Source: an uncultured Bacilli bacterium
GTDB taxonomy: Bacteria; Bacillota_I; Bacilli_A; RF39; UBA660
DNA: 16,704 nt
NCBI GenBank assembly: GCA_944358325.1
Contig: CALVQV010000020.1
Span: 1 to 16,704, forward strand
Reading direction: 5' to 3'
The notes under the pieces: model-generated
Seen by the model: only the letters and a program-made list of their open reading frames with translations
What the model was told of the DNA's origin: nothing
The model's database searches: none
Shown here: piece after piece, positions 13,676-16,704 of the stretch
Position numbering within the stretch: position 1 is the first letter of the stretch
Layout of the letters: each line of letters begins with the position of its first letter
Program-made: the position numbers and the translations under genes

Positions 13676-14521
13676 ATGTTAGTAAATACAAAACAAATAT
13701 TAGAAGATGCTAAAGCGCATCATTATGCTATTCCACATTTTAATATTAATAATTTGGAATGGACAAAATATATTCTTGAAGAATGTCAAGAATTAAATAA
13801 TCCTGTTATATTAGGTGTTTCCTTAGGAGCAGCTAAATATATGGGTGGTTTTTATGCCGTTGCTTCAATGGTAAAAGGCTTAATTAAAGATTTAAATATA
13901 ACTATACCTGTTGTATTACATGTTGATCATGGAACATATGAAGGATGCTTAGAAGCAATTGAAGCAGGTTTTTCTAGTGTTATGTTTGATGGTTCTAAAC
14001 TATCATTAGAAGAAAACATAGAAAAAACAAAAGAAATTGTTGCTCTAGCGCATGCTAAAAATATAACTGTTGAAGCTGAAATAGGACATATTGGTGGCGA
14101 AGAAGATGGTGTTGCTGATGAACTTGCTTATGCTAAAGTAGAAGATGCTTTTATGCTTGCTAAAGAAACAGGTATTGACTTACTCGCACCTGCTTTAGGA
14201 AGTGTTCATGGTATATATAAGGGCGAACCAAAACTTGATTTTGATCGCATGTTAAAAATTAAAGAATTAACTAATTTACCACTAGTATTACACGGTGGTA
14301 GTGGTATTCCTGACGAAATGATTAAAAAGGCTATTTCCTGTGGTATTTGTAAATTAAATATAAATACAGAACTACAAATGGCATGGGCTAAAGGTGTAAG
14401 AGAAAAAATAAGTAATGATAATAGTGTTTATGATCCTCGTAAAATAATAGGTGCCGGCGAAAAATATATGAAAGAAGCTATTAGAGAAAAAATAAGTTTA
14501 TTAAATAGTACAAAAGCATAG
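13676..14521 (+). CDS. fba: Class II fructose-1,6-bisphosphate aldolase
   Basis: MLVNTKQILEDAKAHHYAIPHFNINN, VVLHVDHG, LHGGSG and KLNINTE motifs. The ATG at 13676 (RBS GGTGA) is preferred over the ORF-track start at 13631, which overlaps the promoter. Confidence 0.92.
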   Translation: MLVNTKQILEDAKAHHYAIPHFNINNLEWTKYILEECQELNNPVILGVSLGAAKYMGGFYAVASMVKGLIKDLNITIPVVLHVDHGTYEGCLEAIEAGFSSVMFDGSKLSLEENIEKTKEIVALAHAKNITVEAEIGHIGGEEDGVADELAYAKVEDAFMLAKETGIDLLAPALGSVHGIYKGEPKLDFDRMLKIKELTNLPLVLHGGSGIPDEMIKKAISCGICKLNINTELQMAWAKGVREKISNDNSVYDPRKIIGAGEKYMKEAIREKISLLNSTKA

Positions 14522-14548
14522 ATAAACATATAATATATTGGAGGTTGT

Positions 14549-15802
14549 ATGAAACAAATAACTATTGAAGGAGGACATATTCTTAGTGGGGAAATAAAGA
14601 TAAGTGGTGCTAAAAATAGTGCTGTAGCCCTTGTTCCTGCTTCTCTTTTATCAGATGAAATAATTACTATTGATAATATTCCCAATATTTCAGATATCGA
14701 TGCTTTAAACGAAATACTAAGTTATTTAGGTGCTAAGGTAACTAGAAATAATGAAACAATGACAATTGATTCCAGTAATATTATTAATAAAAAAATTCCT
14801 GAAAATATATCTAAAAAACTAAGAGCCTCATATTATTTTATGGGAGCTTTATTGGGTAAATATAAACATGTAGAAATGTATTTTCCAGGTGGATGTTCTA
14901 TTGGTGCTAGACCAATTAACCTACATTTAAAAGCCTTTGCGTTATTAGGTGCTAAAATAGAAGAAAAAGATAACTTATTTATTATTGATGCTCAAGAATT
15001 AAAGGGTAATCATATTTATTTTGATGTTCCTAGCGTAGGAGCAACTATTAATGTTTTACTAGCTGCATGTAAAGCCGAAGGAATAACAATCTTAGAAAAT
15101 GCTGCTAAAGAACCAGAAATTGTCAATGTAGCTACCTTTTTAAATAATATGGGTGCTAAAATAACAGGTGCTGGAACTAGTACTATAAAAATTAAAGGTG
15201 TAAAAAAATTAGGAAAATGTTTTATGGAAGTAATTCCAGACCGTATAGAAGCAGGTACCTATGTTATTGCTGGGGCTTTAATGGGAAATAATTTAACTAT
15301 TAAAAATGTTATACCTGAGCATATTGAATCTTTAACTTTAAAATTAAAAGAAATGGGTTGTCCAATCAAAATTGGTGAAGATTATATAACTATATCCGCA
15401 TGTTCTAATTTAAAACCTATAAGTGTTAAAACACAGGGATATCCAGGATTTCCAACTGATTTACAACAACCATTAACAACTCTATTAGTAACAGCTAATG
15501 GTAGAAGTACATTAGAAGAAAATATATATGAAAATCGTTTTCAAAACGTACCTTATTTGAATAAGATGGGTGCCGATATTGAAATAGATAAAAGAAAAAT
15601 ATATATAAATGGTCCTAAAGAACTAAATGGTACTTTGGTAAAAGCAACTGATCTAAGAGCAGGAGCTTGTCTAGTACTTGCTGGCCTTAAAGCAAATGGT
15701 AAAACAACAATTACTGAAGTAGAACATGTTCTTAGAGGATATGAAAATATTATAGCTAAGTTAACAAATGTAGGTGCTAAAATAACTTTAGAAGAAATAT
15801 AA
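14549..15802 (+). CDS. murA: UDP-N-acetylglucosamine 1-carboxyvinyltransferase
   Basis: 417 aa. ISGAKNSAVALVPASLL, and the catalytic-Cys loop PGGCSIGARPINLH. fba-murA-(x)-rpmE neighbourhood as in Bacillus. Confidence 0.95.
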   Translation: MKQITIEGGHILSGEIKISGAKNSAVALVPASLLSDEIITIDNIPNISDIDALNEILSYLGAKVTRNNETMTIDSSNIINKKIPENISKKLRASYYFMGALLGKYKHVEMYFPGGCSIGARPINLHLKAFALLGAKIEEKDNLFIIDAQELKGNHIYFDVPSVGATINVLLAACKAEGITILENAAKEPEIVNVATFLNNMGAKITGAGTSTIKIKGVKKLGKCFMEVIPDRIEAGTYVIAGALMGNNLTIKNVIPEHIESLTLKLKEMGCPIKIGEDYITISACSNLKPISVKTQGYPGFPTDLQQPLTTLLVTANGRSTLEENIYENRFQNVPYLNKMGADIEIDKRKIYINGPKELNGTLVKATDLRAGACLVLAGLKANGKTTITEVEHVLRGYENIIAKLTNVGAKITLEEI

Positions 15803-15803
15803 T

Positions 15804-15829
15804 AAAGAGTGAAATACTCTTTTTCTTTT
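15804..15829 (+). terminator. Rho-independent terminator after murA
   Basis: AAAGAGT (15804-15810) pairs with ACTCTTT (15816-15822), loop GAAAT, followed by TTTTCTTTT. The stem is AT-rich and therefore weak. Confidence 0.5.
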
Positions 15830-15838
15830 GGAGGATAT

Positions 15839-16420
15839 ATGAAAAAAATAATCATTACTATTGCTGTTACTTTGACTGTCCTTTATATTTATCAAATATT
15901 TAAAGATGACAAAATATACTATGTAAATATTGGTGATAACTTATTAACAGATAAAAGTTATGCTGATTTTATAGTAAAAGAATTTGATGGAGAACTAGAA
16001 GAATATAATTCTTCATTTACTAATCAAAAATATCAAACAACAGATTTAATAAACGCTTTTGAAGATAATTTAAAAATAGATAATAAAACAATTAAAAACC
16101 TTGTAATAAAAGCAGATATAGTAACAATATCGGTAGGTAACAATGACATAGATCGAAAAAATTTAACTAAAGAATATATTGATGAAGTTATAAGTGATAT
16201 TGATATATTACTTAAATTAGTCAAAAAATGGTGTAAAGAAAAGGTTGTATTAATAGGTTTAAATAATGAGTATGCTAATCTAAAATTAAAAAATAAAGCT
16301 AAAGAATATAACTTTATTTATATTGATATATATAGTTATAGTTCTCTTTATAAGGATGAAGATAAAATTAATATTTTAGGACATAAACACATTTCCGAAG
16401 AAATTATTGACAAGTTATAA
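15839..16420 (+). CDS. Membrane-anchored SGNH/GDSL-hydrolase-like protein with a degenerate block I (GDN instead of GDS)
   Basis: The ATG at 15839 (RBS GGAGG 15830-15834) is preferred over 15809. The N-terminal TM is IIITIAVTLTVLYIY. VNIGDNLL resembles block I, ISVGNNDI resembles block III (GxND), and a C-terminal LGHKH is present. Confidence 0.5.
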   Translation: MKKIIITIAVTLTVLYIYQIFKDDKIYYVNIGDNLLTDKSYADFIVKEFDGELEEYNSSFTNQKYQTTDLINAFEDNLKIDNKTIKNLVIKADIVTISVGNNDIDRKNLTKEYIDEVISDIDILLKLVKKWCKEKVVLIGLNNEYANLKLKNKAKEYNFIYIDIYSYSSLYKDEDKINILGHKHISEEIIDKL

Positions 16421-16436
16421 AAAATGTTGCTATAAT
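16407..16436 (+). promoter_or_regulatory. Near-consensus promoter of rpmE
   Basis: -35 TTGACA (16407-16412), 18-bp spacer, TG-extended -10 TGcTATAAT (16428-16436). It overlaps the 3' end of the upstream CDS. Confidence 0.65.
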
Positions 16437-16491
16437 ATAGAAGCATTAATTTCTATGGCTGCAAGGCGGTCATGGCGGAAGGAGATATAGT

Positions 16492-16704
16492 ATGAAAAAA
16501 GGTATTCATCCAAATTACGTTGATTGTGTAGTTACTTGTGCATGTGGTAATACATTTACTGTTAAATCAACAAAACCAGAAATGCATGTTGAAGTATGTG
16601 ACAAATGTCATCCTTATTTTACTAAAAAACAAGGAACTACTGTAAAAACAGGTAGAGTTGAAAAATTCAATCGTAAATACGGACGTTTAAAAGAAGAAAA
16701 TTAA
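16492..16704 (+). CDS. rpmE: 50S ribosomal protein L31 (Zn-ribbon, type A)
   Basis: 70 aa. MKKGIHPNY..., with CxC (CAC) and CxxC (CDKC) zinc ligands. RBS GGAGA lies upstream. The stop codon is at the window end. Confidence 0.95.
   Translation: MKKGIHPNYVDCVVTCACGNTFTVKSTKPEMHVEVCDKCHPYFTKKQGTTVKTGRVEKFNRKYGRLKEEN

Noticed and set aside
16437-16491. Possible structured leader upstream of rpmE (repeated ATGGC(T/G)G, GC-rich patch GGCTGCAAGGCGGTCATGGCGG)
   Set aside because: I could not find a convincing stem by eye. It is probably just a 5' UTR with the RBS GGAGA. It would need RNA folding or an Rfam scan before any claim.

Overview
Low-GC (about 28-30% by eye), Firmicutes-type chromosomal segment. 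All credible genes are on the + strand. The left 3.9 kb is the accessory part and appears to be a complete diversity-generating retroelement (DGR). It starts with a 559-aa target protein that has a type-IV-prepilin N-terminus and two tandem C-terminal modules. Each module carries a GC-rich variable repeat (VR1 1062-1139, VR2 1671-1748). A 78-nt template repeat (TR 1851-1928) lies 31 nt after the target stop codon, and its differences from the VRs fall almost only on TR adenines. A spacer of about 145 nt and an intrinsic terminator follow. Next comes a separate promoter whose -35/-10 spacer is a (GT)7 tract, driving an overlapping three-gene operon. That operon encodes a small MutS-domain-I-like protein (MSL type), an Avd-like four-helix-bundle protein, and a DGR-type reverse transcriptase (IGNxxSQ and YMDD motifs). 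The msl-avd-RT block is strongly C-depleted and T-enriched compared with its own target gene and the flanking genes. The remaining 12.8 kb is housekeeping: yvcK, whiA, an orphan HipA-like kinase, a DHH/DHHA1 phosphoesterase, rplI, dnaB, a LysM-G5-M23 peptidase, an MBL-fold hydrolase (YycJ-like), rlmH, spoIIR, mntP, fba, murA, an SGNH-like protein with a degenerate active site, and rpmE. No tRNA, rRNA, CRISPR array, transposase or integrase was seen.
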